Positions 24,104 through 39,433 of a stretch of DNA of 64,000 bases are shown here, piece by piece. Position numbers and translations under genes: made by a program. Position 1 is the first letter of the stretch, and each line of letters opens with the position of its first letter. The DNA comes from Azolla caroliniana (lineage: Eukaryota > Plantae > Polypodiophyta). The DNA lies in assembly GCA_043228905.1 (NCBI GenBank), contig JBHGNT010000011.1:14756001-14820000 (forward strand), read 5' to 3'. The notes below the pieces were generated by a model. The model did no database searches, was not told the DNA's origin, and worked only from the letters and a program-made list of their open reading frames with translations.

Positions 24104-27100
24104 TTATGTTCCAAATTCTAGCACCCTGGACAAGATCTGCATCAACAAAAATTGTGTTTAAACAAAATAAGTGTCTGAAGCAACACAGACTTCCAAAATC
24201 ATACAAAGTCTGCACACTGATCACCAAAACTTCCAGGCAAGAAAAAAGCTTGATTCAAGAATCTCTACCTCACCACTACATGACTCAATCTTCAAAGAAG
24301 CTAACTCATCAGCTCTTGTGACCCCAATGTTTATTATAACCAAAGGGATCCCTTTTTCACATGCTTTCCTTTCAAAATAGAAAAGACAATGAAAAGAGAA
24401 TGTCAATTAATCTATGAAAAATTATGTTATTCTTCTTTTTTTGAGAAAAAATGTCAATTATTCCATCTTTGATTATCTCATTAATCCTAAATATGTATAA
24501 AAATGAATTTAAGTGAAAGAATGTGTTACTTATCGATTGCAGTATCTCCTTAAATGTTAATTATTATCTCTCTACGAACATGTTGATACTAATCTCACAA
24601 ATTAGTAGGATTCAAATGCACAACCCATGGTTGGCAGCATTGTGAAGGTCAAGTTTATATTTTGTGATGCATGAAACATATAATATAACTTTGATTCCAT
24701 ACTGACTTGGCGAGACGAAAAGCTGATAGGACCATTAGCGACGATCCTACAACCAGAACCCCATCAGCACTGTCAATCATAGATAGTGATCTTTCTGCTC
24801 TTGACTTTGGAAGATTGTCTCCAAACAATACCACCTGAATATATATGAAATTTTAACTGTGAAAGGACAGTATTTTTCTGAATGGCACCAGTTACCCCAG
24901 CCCCCCCCAAAAAATATAAACTAAGAAATAGCAAAAAAGAACTAATTGAAGATACGATAAAATGTTAAATGTGAAAGACCAGAAGTTATTTTCTGATCAC
25001 CATGAGTTACCCCCCAACAATTATGACAAAAAAAAACTAACTGAAGATGCATCCAAACTTAAATGTGAAAGAACAAACTTTTTTCTAAACAATATCAGTT
25101 ACACAAAAATAAAAGTAAAACAAACCAAATGAAGATATATCAAATGTTAAATGTGAAAGAACCAAAACTATTTCTGATCAGCATCAGTTACTCCATCAAA
25201 AAGGAAAATTCTAAAATGAGTGCCAATAACAGGTGGAACCATGAACTAGGCTTACATTTGGTTTCAGCATGCCATTACATTGTTGACAGTCCGGTACATT
25301 GAACCGTCCTTCCCAGAAGCTTTCATCAATTTCTACATCCCCATCTGGGCGTTGCCGTATTCCAACATTTTGAATTTCCTCGCTATTTTCAGAAGCATCC
25401 ACTGCAGTTGCCCACTGATAAAATCAGGAATTCTATCTCAGTTCATGTTAAACCTTTTATCAATGAAATGCTGTGTGATAATACCAGAAATATTTTACCG
25501 CGAAAAGCAACATAAATTCAGCTTTAAATTAATGATAGAACTCAATCACCTTCATCATAATAAAATTATTCATATAATAGCATGAAAATTTCTATATTTT
25601 TATCCATTTATCTTATCTCTATTGAAACATTTCTGTAATAGGGAAGTTACAACCTCAGGATTTGTGGCCTTAATTCGATCTTGGAATTCTTGGCGACATA
25701 TCACATCACCACAATCCATACATACTACTTCATGGGTTGTACCATGCAATTCAAGAGGATTGCTTCCAGCACGGTGGTGCAACCTGCACATACAGTTTAA
25801 CAAAATCAGAAAAATAATTTATACGTACAAAAAGGATTCTAATAACCAAAGAGCATATCAAGTAACCTGTCAACATTTTGGGTTATAATGTTCTCAACAT
25901 ATCCCCTTGATTCAAGCTGAGCAATAGCTTTATGTGTTGGCCCTGGTTGAGCAAAGGCAAACCGTTTCCAGCCCACATAACTCCTAGCCCAATATCTCTT
26001 TCTATTTCGCTCTGAACGAAGAAATTCCTGAACTTGTGTGACGGATTTTTTTGTTTCTATTTGTTAATATTTTGCCTAGTTTAAATCAAAATTTATTTTT
26101 CTTCAACTAAATTAAATGATACATTGCTCTCCACATGCATGTATGCAGCCAAATTTTAAAATGTATAAAGAAAAGAAAACCTGGTGAGTTATTGGCTTGA
26201 AACCCTTACTGTATGCTCCATTGGGGCTGAAAGAAGAAATCAAACCAATAAAGTAAAGGGGTTACTCTCTCTTTTTGTAATCCAAATCGCATGTTTGTTA
26301 GATGCTGATATAAAATAATAAGGATTAGTTCTTTGTCAGAGCCCTTAAAACAAACACTGACAAAAATTGAAATAAAGTAAAGATAACAAAAGGTCGAACG
26401 ATTGAAATTGCTAGTATAAAAACTCATGAAAAGAAGTGGTGGCATTCAGTAGTTTTTGAAGAGTAAATGAACGCAAACCTCTGAACTCAAGGTTTTTTGA
26501 ACCAACAATAGTTTAATGCAGTAATAGTAAAGACATGAATAACAATGAGAAGTGCTGATGTTCAATAGTTATTTTCGAGTGAAATGAATGCTTATACAAT
26601 GTGGATGGAGAACAATGGGACTAAGAGTGGAATATGAAAGGTGAAAGTATGTGTAATACATATTAGCTAGATATTATATTGAGGGAAAAAGAGAATTACT
26701 ATCAACTCAGGGGCAGAGATGGTGGGATAGGTCAGGGGAAATGATGTGAAGGAAATGCAAAACCAGTAAGCTAACACGGTTTCCGGGTAATGATTGTGAC
26801 AGGATGCAGAAGGCACATGAGCATGTAATGAATGCCAGATAACCATTGTGAAAAGTTAAAAGAGTTACAACTTCATGCACATTTCATTAGAGCAAGAAAC
26901 ATACCTTCTATAGTCAGGGATACCTGATTCAGTGCTTATACCTGCTCCAGTTAAGATTGCAAGCTTCTTACTGTCATTCAATTTTTTTCAACAATTCAAT
27001 CCATTCATAAGATATCATTCCATTTCATTTCATGCCCTTATATGAGTAAGCATATAACATGCACATTTATACAAATGCATATATAAGAGTTCTACTTATG

Positions 27101-30100
27101 CAATAGCTTCGATGAATGCTTGTCAATGTGAACTGACTCATGAATGCATATTATTTATTTGCAAAAAAGAGAGAAATCAATTGTGCATATGAATACAGAA
27201 ATCGTAGAAACTGACAGTCTCACCTTCCCTGTAAAAACTTATAAAGAGAGGTAATCTCATCTATCTTGGGTGGAATACAAGCAGGAACAAAATGATAATT
27301 CTCCGGAGTCAATTTCACATCATTATTTGTGCTATAATTGTTGCACTGTGTGGTAGTCATCACCAATGAGGAGAAAATCTTGTTCCACTTAATATGTTTA
27401 TGATTACATGCTCCTACAAAAAAATATACATACAAGAGACATTATGTTATCTTCTTTGAAGGACTACAACAATACTTTTTCAACCAAGGCATGCCATAGA
27501 TTGTATCTATATGAAGTTCAAGGATATGAACGATACCAACTGACAGACATAAACAATACTATTCAATAGACAGACAATTATGAGAGTTATGATGAAGATA
27601 TAAACGATTTCTGAACACTAATAATGTTTTGTTGAAGCTTTGATCACACACCCTTTATACTATATGTCAAGGAGCAGTAATAAAAGATATAGCTCCTAAA
27701 TTTAGTTAAGGTAACAAGATGATGACTTGTCACTCAGGCTATCTGATATTTTATACACAGTATACACATTACTTGTTGCCTTTTTACTGTCTTTGGTGTA
27801 TCCATATCTCCAATTCCTGCCAGTATGTAGTGTTAACTAGAACACAATAGTGTGGATTGCCTTGATATAACTTGCCATTTCTCTAATTTCCTGTGTCATT
27901 TTGAATGTGAGTTCTTTTGCTGCACAAATGTTCTTTTTCATCATGAGATAATGCCAAATGGACAAAATTCTTCTCGATTCTTGCACTTATTCCATTGGAA
28001 AATTCATGTCTATATCTACATTTTACTTACAGTTCATCAAGTATGTAAATATTCATAATTTTGTTAAACTCATAGTCAAATATTGTACGTTATGCAGTTT
28101 TTATCCAATCCTTATGTTGTTCTCCATGACAAAATTTTCAAATGTAATCTCTTGTTAGGTCAGTCTCATAGATTATTTTCTCAGTCTCAGAATTTACTTT
28201 GTGCTTTTGTTGTTCTTCAAAAGTGAGACAAAATGTTCATATATAATATCTTGTTGAGTTTTAATAGGATATATATACTCTTGACTCTTAAAGATGTTAC
28301 CAGAATTTCTTTCTTTCAACCACCCATTATCGAGGTGCAATGCAAATGAAATAAAAGCATCTACGGACTGACCCATTCACCCATGCCATATTAAGTTCAC
28401 ATTGAATCCAACCTGGAGAGATATGCATCCTTACTAAGACTCTTACCACGGTTTTAATTAAATACCCTCTATCTGATGAATACAAGAACCCTTAATAGTT
28501 GTTAATTCTGCAATAGTTTTAGTTTAGGAAACCATTTCAGAAAAAGACTCTATTTTTATCATTTAAGTAATCCCTTCTAATGCCATCCTCGAGTTTCAAT
28601 AAACCAATGCTTACCTCGAAAAGCATACTTCAGTGTCAATGGACTCGCAAAAGACTTTGAGCTCTCCTGAAAAGACTAACTTAAAGCAAACAAATTCAGT
28701 TTTCGTCGTGATTCATTTTATAAACAAGTTCCTTTGTCTGATTACTATTCTAACGATTTTAAGACATCACTTTAAGCACAACAATTGAGTTTCAAAGCAT
28801 TTACGTCAAGATAATCACCATAAAAGAATTGTCCTCTTATTCTAAACTTTAAATTTGAAACTGTAAAGAATTTGTATACATCATTATCAGCACAGCAATG
28901 ATTTCCAAAACATCAATGTCAACCTAAACATCCATCAACATATCATCTCCTTGCTCTGTACCCCAAATATTTGTGTACATTTTCAACCCCAACAACCGAC
29001 AAGAAACATAGCTTTATTATGCCACATTAAACAACCATAAATGATCCACCTTCCAGGTCTACTCTGAAAATTTGGGAAAACCTAAAGAACCTTTATACCA
29101 TAACTTCCAGCTCTGTACTATCTTCCAACCCAGCTACGACATTCAAATCACTGATATCACGTGAAAGATGTCAGGCATTGAGGGAACAAGAGGGAAAGAA
29201 GATACCTAACGTTCCACCCTATCATGTGATCTATCACCACATAGATGGGTTCTTAAACCCTTGTACTATCAAGGTAACTATTTGGGTCACGACCTAGTAT
29301 CTAATGCTCATGAGTTACAGTCATTGTACTGAAATCAATCTTATCATTTATCTACACTTAAAAATGGGGAAAACCTCTCAATCAAGCTTGATAGTTTTAG
29401 ACAAATGACTACGTTGGGCACATCCTAGGACCTAAAGTTTTTCATATGTTACAACAAGGGCGATAGATAAATGACTGCAGTGGGCAAATTCTAGAATCAA
29501 ATGATTTTCATATACATGAAGCGAAACCGCTGAAAAGTATTATCTTCCTGATCTAGACTGAAATTTGAGTAACACACTCAACCAACCACCCGGAAGTGTA
29601 TCCAATTTATATAGCAAATTATTGTGATGATGGACAATTCTTAGGACCTAAAGGCCATACATGCATCACTACCATTTGTCCAGGCATCAATATGAAATGC
29701 TATAAATGCATTGACTTGTCAATGAAAAGTTATGATTGAGGAAGCCTCTCGACAAAACCAGAAGCATGCCTGGCTATGGTGAATCAAAGCACCTAAGCAT
29801 CTACATCACCCACATATCATACCTATCATATTTTGTTTCCTTTAATCTCTTTATTCACGTTTTTCCAGACATACTCCTCATTTTTTGCTATAATTTTCCT
29901 TGTTTCAATTATTTTCTTTCATTTCCTCCCATTGTTTTATCACAGTTCCTTTGTTTTGGGAAACAAGGTTTTACATTGAGTGTAGAGAAAATGAACAATC
30001 TAGAGTTTGTTAAACGCAGTGGACTGGGGGAGAATTTCTGATGGACGATAGGGTTGAAGAATCCACTGTGTTTTACTTCCTAAATCATGTAGCAGAAGAT

Positions 30101-30254
30101 ATGAAGCTTTAAAAACAGACAGCATCACGCATCCGGGGGGGGGGGGGGGGGGGGGGGTTAGGTTAAAAAAGAAATATATGAAAAACGAACTGAATGAAAT
30201 GCTTCGAGACAGGGATCTGGGAATTTGGCTTACCTTAGCAAAATGCAGAGCCAT
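24104..30254 (-). CDS. SRT2: NAD-dependent deacylase, class II sirtuin (SRT2/SIRT4-like), about 11 exons
   Basis: Exons: MALHFAK (30234-30254), ~28615-28667, ~27223-27413, LTGAGISTESGIPDYR (~26905-26970), SPNGAYS (~26182-26227), RYWARSYVGW...ITQNVD (~25867-26027), LELHGT..C..C (~25655-25784), RQRPDGD..C..C..LKP (~25256-25415), VVLFGD..VGSSLMV (~24707-24835), IINIGVTRAD (~24270-24369), ILSRVLEFGT* (24104-24136); GT-AG borders seen for the exons checked. Confidence 0.93.
24850..25195. repeat. Intronic tandem repeat, ~100-115-bp unit x4
   Basis: Recurring TGAAGAT...AAATGTGAAAGA...TTTCT...AGTTAC blocks. Confidence 0.7.
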
Positions 30255-31209
30255 TTCCCAAAAGAGGTATCACGAATGCAAGGCATTCATCTCATGGTAT
30301 GGATAAAAGGGCATCAATCAATCATATATAATCATCTTTATCTCAAGCCTCCATGGATCTTGAGAGGCAGAGATCTATCTAAATTCATTGTGGTGTTACA
30401 AAATTGAGGTTGTTATGTACTGAAATCATTATGTGTAAAAGCGAACAATCTTTCGATTCATCATCGGGCGAGGGGGGATCAGAAATGTTCCGATCCCCCA
30501 ACACATTGATTCGTGAGATTCTCGCCGGACTTCCATGGATGGATTATTTAATCGCGTCTACCGTTTTCGACAAAGAAAAGGTTAGAATTTGCATTTCCGA
30601 ACCAACCAATTGTGGTAGAGGTTTTGCATATTACCTTGGGGCAGGGTTTCTTTCCTATGCATTTCTCTACTTCTCATGACCGGGGCTACCTCTCAAATAT
30701 ATACTCCTTCCACCTTCCAGACATTTCGATTCAATCCATGAACAACGTGTGAATAAATATATTACATATTTATGGATTCCGATCAGTGACCCGAGGTATT
30801 AGCTGGAATGGCTTGTAGGTAGATTAGATAGGAGGTTTTTCGTCGTGTTTGTCCTCGTAGGTTACATTCGGCACATGGTGGTGTGGTGGTGTGGTGGGGG
30901 GGAGCGAAAGTTGAAAGGAGCATTTTTCACGTAGTGTGTGAAGTTGGTGACTCTTTTCTTTTAAGTGCTTCAGAATTTCACTAGATGAATGAATGTGTAC
31001 GAGTGAGAGTGTCCCTTGTGATTGAGACAGAGATAGGTATATATATGTGTGTGTAGGGATAGGTCTTAAAGGCTAAAAGGATGCGGGATAAGGCAAAAGT
31101 TGAATGTGATAAGAGGATTGAGGGGAGAACCTTCCTTCGTTTTTAAAGCTAGCTATTTGACACTAAACTTACTATACCTAGGCATGCCAAAGTTTTGAGA
31201 AAAAACGAT

Positions 31210-31400
31210 GTTCGAGAGCACAAGAGGAAATGAGAGAAAGCAAATAATAATAGAGAACAAGAGGAATGAAGAAAGCAAAGAATACATAGAGAACAAGATG
31301 AATGAAGAAAGCAAAGAAATGGACCAAAAATGTCTTGAACAAGAGGAAATGAAGAAAGCAAATAATACATAGAGAACAAAAAGGAATAAAGGGAAAAAAA
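31210..31400. repeat. Purine-rich ~33-bp tandem repeat
   Basis: GAGAACAAGAGGAATGAAGAAAGCAAAGAATACATA-like units. Confidence 0.7.
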
Positions 31401-31420
31401 TCAAAGAATGGACTAAAAAG

Positions 31421-31492
31421 TGTGGCTGCTGGGATTCGAGCCCAGGTCTCCACGGCCACAACGTGGAATTCTAACCACTAAACTACAGCCAC
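31421..31492 (-). tRNA. trnH-GTG: tRNA-His(GTG), cytosolic
   Basis: GTGGCTGTAGTTTAGTGGTTAGAATTCCACGTTGTGGCCGTGGAGACCTGGGCTCGAATCCCAGCAGCCACA, followed by a TTTTT Pol III terminator. Confidence 0.96.
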
Positions 31493-33111
31493 TTGATGAT
31501 TTAACACTTAATAAAAAAATATTTGTCTATTAAAATTAACACAAAATATCAATTTAATCGATAAGAAAATACACACGAGCCACAATGACATGAGTTTGAT
31601 CGATGGTTTTGCACCTCGAAAACTAGAGCATATATGTATATACCTTCCTTCTCAAACTTTAGCGGTGATTTCTTAACATTGCGAATAAATGCATGCTTCA
31701 ATCAACAATCAAACACTATGGAGATTGAGTGATATAATCACACACAAGCATCCATGTAAGGAAGAGTTAGTGAACGCATTAAAAAATATACGCAAAGAGC
31801 ATGCCCCCAATCACAACTCTAGGAATGTGCACTCCATGCAAGTAATTTCTAATCAAACAAAACCAACAATGTGGGATGAACCGAAAGCTCTGTGCTAAAA
31901 CATTCTTCGTAGCGCATCTATCAAGTAACAAATGAACTCATAATTGGAATGTAACAACTACACTATTAAAACATGCCATAAACTACACCTTGCATTCATC
32001 TACTCATTAAATCGATATCACACTCAGATACAACATATTGCTAAGAAAACCAAATGGCCTCCTTATGTAAGCAGCTAATTTCAATCAAGACAAAGAGAAT
32101 AATAGGATGTGTTAAGCATACACTACACTCGTGACCAAATAAGAAAAGGCATCACACATCAATTGCTTAACCAATTCTCACCTGTCATGAATGAGGGTTA
32201 CTACCTAATGCACATAGTATAAAACATAGCCAAATTAATATTGTCAATGGAGCATGTAATGAAAATTTCTAAGCAACTTACATGCATCCACAAATACATA
32301 CATCATCTACCAAGTTATCACAAGGTCTCAATGCTATAAACAAGTTTTCCCACACACAAAAAACTCAACATTGCACTTGGGCTAGTTCTAGCCATGGAGA
32401 CAATATACACTAATCAATAACTTTTTGAGCCCACAATGGAAACACTATTGGGATGGTAATTAAATTGCTAGCTGTAAGCCATTGTGTCAAAGTAAAAGAA
32501 GAGGGCAACAAGAGAATAACACCTTCTGGTGACAACCATTATCGTCATGAAGCGTGCCAAATTTGAAAAACCTAAACCCTAATACCTTGTTTAGAGGGAT
32601 AATAGTTTCTCTAAATTAAAGGGAAAAACTTTTGGAACATCTGGGAAAACAAAGGAAAAATACACAATATTTTTGTGAGTTTCCTAGATCAAATAGTGGA
32701 GCCATCCTTAAATAGCACATGTTGGTGCCAAAACTCTTGCAAATCTTACCAATGATGTTTGCAGTTAACCACGTGTGGTTTTGACCATTAGTTCATATTC
32801 ATCTTCTCCATGTATAAAATTTTCCTAAAACTTTTCAACAAAATCCCAACACCATCAGTAAATCTACCATATCAATTTCTTGGACAACTCTATTGGCAGC
32901 ACATTATACAAAGCCTGATGTAATATCCAGGCTTTGAACGAATAATCAAATGTTGAAGAACTCTAATACTTGAGAGTCCTCAAATAATTAAGCATATTTA
33001 CCTGTCATTTTTGCATGTACCTATACATACATAGATAGACCGACAGATAGATAGATAGATAGATATATGCAGGTATACATGATACAACACTTGTTTCAAC
33101 TTTGGTTTAGC

Positions 33112-36100
33112 TCATAGAAACTTATCGAACCAGTTTGACACATTGGTTATAGTGTCACGAATCTCAGTTAATGCAAAAGTACGAAAGACCTGCCCGACTG
33201 CATCGACCGGAGTATACACTTTCCCAATTTCCCATTTTATATCCTGTATAGAAAAACATGGAAAATGTTACCTTCAGGAATTGATGTTACCCTCATTTGC
33301 ACACAATTAATTAACCTGGAGACTGAAAGCAAATGTGTCCCTTAATGTACATACTAATTGAATAAGTTTAATTTTGGTTTTCATCAAAAAAATGCACTAT
33401 ATAAAAATATATTATTTTATTAAATACATTTATATCATTCTCATATATTTCCTATTTGACTCTGTACAAACTTCCTGAATGATGGATCTTGTTGATGGTG
33501 ACCAACTAAAACCCCCGAATAAAAAAAATACCACAATAGCTCAAAAAATATATATTTTGGTCAGAGTTTTATTTCTGTTTGATGATATTTTCATTTGCTT
33601 CACACCCATTCTGTTGGTTAAGGAAAACGATAAGAACTGTGTGTTGATTATCGTAACTAGACTTTTTAAAGAACCAAATATTGGTGTATTATAACTGTAT
33701 CATGCAGCTAAATGGAGACGTGACTATATGAAAATTTAGCTCTCAATCGACAGATTCAAGATGTGGAATGTGTGTGTGTGTTGAAAGTTTGTATGTATAC
33801 TCTATGTTTGATAAATGATGATAAAAGACGTACTTAGCATGTTATTGGTTTTCTGTTTTTCTATTGTTACTTTTGAATTTAAACAAGTTTTACCTGTACA
33901 CAAGGTGTGATATGATTTCCGTTGATTGTGATCTTTTCTAGGCTTCCATTTATCATTCCAATCCGAGGTTTCAAGATCTCCTCTATGATATCACTCTCAT
34001 CGATGGCATCAACACTATATTTTACCTGTTTTAAGAATACCATAAATCAACAATCGTTTTTACAAGATGTATATGCGAAAACAAAGCTTTTACCATTTCC
34101 AAATATCTTTTTCCCACTTACATTTTAAATAGAAAAAAAAAAAAGCTCAACATAAATTCGCTAGAAAAAAACAAGATGTTACCAATAGAGTATTCTGAAC
34201 ACTGTATTGACTCTCTATTGCCTTCCTGTTTTCACTTGGGGATGGAGAAAATTCAGAAATTCCTCTGGTTACCTACAACACATAAATATCAATTCAAGTA
34301 TATACAATATTATATCTCAACTATGAGACTGTCATATGTCTCCATCAATTTGGTTTGTAAAAAATTTGGGACATTTATGGTTTCTCCCTATTTCCTAAAG
34401 AATGCATAAACTTTTCTAAAATAGCCATATAGTCAATCACAAACATAGAATTAACAACCTGATCAAGAACCTTCGGAATTTGATCAACAAATCTTTGAAG
34501 AGATTGTAAACTCTCCTTGTCATATTGAGGAAGAAGAACAGGTGTTGCTCTCTCCAATAAACCATTGAATGAATCTCCTACAGAGATATTATCCGGGCCA
34601 AAAAACATGTATAATCAGAAATTTTCGACCATGTGATGTTAAATTTAGAAAATTATCTCAATTATGTGATATTGCTAAATTAGCTTTGTGTTTTATGCAA
34701 AACTTCATGACTACATTAGCATGGAACAGTAAACTCAACTAACAAATGCAAAGATCAATTTTGATGATACCTGGAAAACTCTTTGTAATATTAGCAAGAG
34801 GAGTTGTTGCAATCACAGGCGCTAATTGTGCTGTTATAGGGCCAAGCTACATTAATGAAGATTTAATCAACAATATAATTAGCAAGATGTGTGTGTGTGT
34901 GTGTGCACGCGCGCGTGTGTGTATATGCCATGTAACAAAGATAAAAAATTAAAGAGGCAATGCCAATTGAAGGTGCTTCAAAGTAAAAATACAATGTGAT
35001 GATTGATGCCTTGAAATCTTATTTTACAAATATATCACAATGACTCAAGTATACTTCTAGGGAAAGTAATTTAGAAAGAAGGAAATGGTAACATCTTTTA
35101 AGAAGCCAAAATGGCCAATGACACCAAACAAGAGGTTGCAGCTTTAAATGTTTGTCTCATCTTAGAGAAAGAGAAAAAAATAGTAGAACAAAGAAAGTAA
35201 AGATATAATAACCCAAAGACAGAAAGAATTTCGCAAAAAAAAGAGTTCACTGATTGAATTGCCTTTCTAAAAGATGGACTATTATGGAATACCTGCTCAA
35301 AGTAAGGGACAGCATCAGCTGCAGGTTTGTTATTGAATGAAATAACAGCATTCGCCTGTGAGCAACATAATAGCAAAAACTCATAACCTAATACAAGATA
35401 TCCGAGAAAACATTGTTCAACATGGAGAATGAATGACCTTTGATGTAAACAGATATGTTAGATCGGAAATTTACTATATAAAGTTTTTGACAAGAAAATT
35501 TTCACCGACCAAAGGAAGACCATCGGGAATAATGCAGCCAATCAGCAATTGCAATAAAGCACCATTACTGAAAATCCCAAAAAATGATAAGCATGAGTAT
35601 CCATCAATCATAATGTACCAATGTTTGTGTCTGTGGATAAGATACCTTTCATAAGACAAAATATTAGAATTGGCTTTCATAAACTAATAGTTTTGTTTTG
35701 GTCTAACCCATCTATAGACACACCTATGCCCAACACTGAAGATCGGAAGCTTTGCGATATCCTCAGGACTCAAATTGGGAAGTGAGATTTCCCCATTGAT
35801 AAGGGATGTTCTGCACTGCTGAAACTTTCGATGCACGGATTCAGCAGCGACAATATGTTCGAATGTCACGTCATATGGTGTTGCTATAACCACAAAATCC
35901 TGCTGGTTCAGAAGCTCAATAAACAACCTGTTGATGAAAAGCAGGCCATCAGCAAAAAAAACTCAGATTTTGTCAATTAATACAATATACATCATGTTAC
36001 CCTGGATATATATCAATTAATACATTTTCATTCAATTAGGGTTTAGGACGTGAATTTCCATGGATTAAGAGAAAGAATCCTTTACAATCATCGAAACAGA

Positions 36101-36764
36101 AACAAATCATTTCAAAAAGTGGAGGCATCTGCGTCTAATATCACCTCCATAATTGTGAAATAGAGTACCTAAAACACTAGATAGAGAAGGAAAAACAAAT
36201 CCTAAAGGCAGGCAAACGGTGAACAATGAATACAAATCGAATTAGAGTAGTAGGATTTAGACAATACTCCGAAAAAAAAGACCCCTGACTTTTCTTTTCA
36301 AATATTTCCTGGAATGTGACAGGGCAAATGATGAGTTGGCCAGAAATATTGTTCAAAATGGCACATGAACTTGAGCAAAAACGGGGGGGGTTGAGATGAC
36401 AATCAAATCAAATATAGATTGCTAGAGTTTCGAGGATTTATTATTTTTCTTGACCTAGAGCATACCTGTAAGTAGCTTCAGGGACAGCTCCAATGAAAGC
36501 TCCGCCTATGAAGTGAATAATACCACGAGGAGGCGTTCTGGGTCTGTGAACAGATGGGAAAACAAGGGACTCTGAAACCCTTGTGTATCCATTCTTAGGA
36601 ATTGAGGCAGAAACCTTAGAAAATGATGGTGATGCTGCTGATGCTGCTGATGATGTCGATGATATTGGTGTTACAGAGCCATGGAAACCATGATTGTATC
36701 TGAGATTAGGGTTCCATGGCTGAGCAAATGATGGTTTTGGGCAGTAATTAGCTATGGAACACAT
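33112..36764 (-). CDS. DUF1350 family alpha/beta-hydrolase-like protein, probably plastid-targeted, multi-exon
   Basis: GIIHFIGGAFIGAVPEATY; VVIATPYDVTFEH; LPIFSVGH; NAVISFNNKPA; last exon DIKWEIGKVYTPVDAVGQ...WFDKFL*; Ser-rich N-terminus. Confidence 0.85.
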
Positions 36765-38788
36765 CCTTTCTTGTCTCCCTCCCTCTCACTTTCTGTCTGT
36801 CTGATGAGAGTGTCTTGTGGATTCAGTTCCAAATTGCCCAACAAAGGGGAAGGGGCTTCTGGGACAAATGGAAACATATATGTATAATATATGGATGGCA
36901 ATGGGCATCATGCCCATCACACACTCTCATATGTTCTATATGTCCAGAGGCCCCAGGCACCACACAGAAGAAGAAAACTCGTCATGCTGGCCGAGAGAGG
37001 CATACACCCATCGCCTGCTTGCCGAAACATGACGAGACCCACCAATGCCAATGCATTGACATCAAGTTTCTTCTCGCTAGTGTCGATTCACCGAAACCGA
37101 CGATCAATTTGACTTCTTATAAGGTTGCGTCTTGTTCAAGGCAAAGGACCCCATTTTGGGCCTTCGTCAATGTAAGGTACCTCTCTGCAATGATGTATTG
37201 AAACACCGTGATTGTATAACTAGTGTTATGATATGAGACCCATCAGTGAGTTTTGGGCATGGCTTACTTATGTTTTTGGCACCCAAGGGAGTTATACTTG
37301 GTTAGGATCATGTGCCCTACAAGTTGAGGGAGAACAAACTACATGATAGTGTTGCATAAAATTATCATGCGCCATGCGCCAAAGAAGTAACAATAACTCC
37401 CTGTTGTGTGGTACAAAGTCATAATTTGTTTGGAAATGAGGTGTAGATAGAGATTAGAAGTAGATTCATGGTGGTTGCAACATACAATCTTTTGTTTGGC
37501 CATGAAAATTGTGGAATGGACAAGTTCTTACCTTGATGCATGAATCGCCACTTATGCTTGGTTCAAATGGAACTTAATTAGAGAATAATTATTGCCCAAC
37601 AATATGTAGAGAAAGAGAATGTTGATGGTAACAAGGCACACGTGTAAGGAGGAGGGCATCTTGCTCTAGGTAGCTTCATGTGACAATAAGACGAGAGTGA
37701 GAGGTTGCCTACAAAACACTAACATTGACAACCCTTGCCTCTTTTCGGAGAGATGTTCTTGTTGTGTGGCTATAGGAGATTCAAGATCCCTTGTCGACTT
37801 AGAACAATATGTCATTATGAGAATTTTTTTGGAATGCATATGTATAATAATAATAATAATAACACTTTTTATGTAAGTAGGTATGGAAGATGATTGGTGG
37901 GGGGTAGAAGTGTCTTGTGTACTTAGGTCGCTTGATGTGAGATATATTATGGTTAATGGTGTTAACAAAATGTATTGTTATACTTGGCATCCAAACCCAT
38001 CCATCGTTATTCTATTACCCAATTTTAGCTTATTTCCGCATATTATACGATCATGTTTTAATGCCTAATCCTTACACACTTACTCTTGTTTATTTAGATT
38101 GGCTCGAACTAATGCTTCACTTGCTTGTATAAAAAAATTAGGAGCTTTGGGCAATCAAAAGCTGATCGGAACACATCTTAATGATTTAACATTAATTCCT
38201 TACGATTCCACCATCGCGTGCATCACATTGCAACTTGCACATACATATATTGTCATGTGTATTATCATAGTCTTTCTAAGGTCGATGCATTATGGTATCC
38301 TTGTAGTGTGGAAGAAATGTGAAGACAAATGTTGTAAAGCCATTTTTGAGGAGCAAAATGTCGGTGTTTGATCTTGAACTAGAATTTTCCAAGAGCTTTT
38401 TATCAATTTTTATAATTAGAGTAAGGTAACCTCATGAAGCTGCCCAACCAATTATTGCTTGAAATTTCCAACAAGATAACAATATATGATGTATTTTAAG
38501 GCCATTATTTTGCATAGTGCTTTAACACGTAATGTATTGTTTATTCGATGACATGAGAGAGCCATATCCTTTAGACGACGGCTAATTGACATAAATTTTG
38601 GTCGATTGGGGTCAAGCCCTTTCCTTTCATAGCATGTTTACCTGGCCTGTCATTTGGATACTTTGTGTCCACTTCCTCATTCTCATGCCAGATGAAAACC
38701 CCCATTGTAGTATAATAAACATACATTTTTGACCCCTGCTATTTTTTGTCTTCTTCTACTTCTTTCTTGCGCTGAATGAAAACCCAAG

Positions 38789-39160
38789 CACGTGGGAAAC
38801 CGTGGTCTGCCCAATGCACATGCATGTGCCGGAATTTCTTGCAGCCGGGCCTTGCTGGATGCGCGCCCATATATATGCCGGCCCATGGACAACAACAGCA
38901 ACACGCGCACGGGCTTGGCCAAATGGCACGCCCGAGACTATTTGATCGTTAACATCTCTTATGTACTTTATGTGTGCGCGTGCGCGTGTATGTGTGCGTG
39001 TGCGCGTGTACGTGTGCATGTGCGTGCGTGCATGTGTGTGTGTGTCTCTCTCTCTTTTTGGGGTTCCCATCCCACTTGTGTTTTGAGTCAAGAGAAGGAG
39101 ACACGTGGAAGGTGCTGGTTGGCCGCTTCATCTGGCTTGGCCAGCCCTGACACGTGGAAG
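38789..39160 (+). promoter_or_regulatory. G-box/ABRE-like cluster (CACGTGG x3) upstream of the cysteine protease
   Basis: CACGTGG at ~38789, ~39102 and ~39151; function not shown. Confidence 0.35.
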
Positions 39161-39433
39161 CCGTTGGTTGGTCCATTTCTCCCAATGGACAGGGGGGAGG
39201 GGTCTTTCAGAGAAAAAAGCAGCAGAAGAACGCCATCGCCAGGGAAACGCAAAACGCAAAACGCAAAAAGCAAAAGCAGCCATGGGCCCTCGTCTTCTAC
39301 TTTTCCCCTGCTTTAAGAAAAGCAAAATTCTCCTCTTTCTGCACCCCCCAATCCATCTTTGACATTATCCTGTCTTCTTCTTCATCTTCTTCATCTTCTT
39401 TTTCTTCATCATTATTCCACAGACGCCATATCC

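Noticed and set aside
24221-24269. SRT2 ending ...EVEILESSFFLAWKFW* as in the ORF track
   Set aside because: A GT donor after 'GE' and a downstream exon ILSRVLEFGT* fit the conserved SRT2 C-terminus better.
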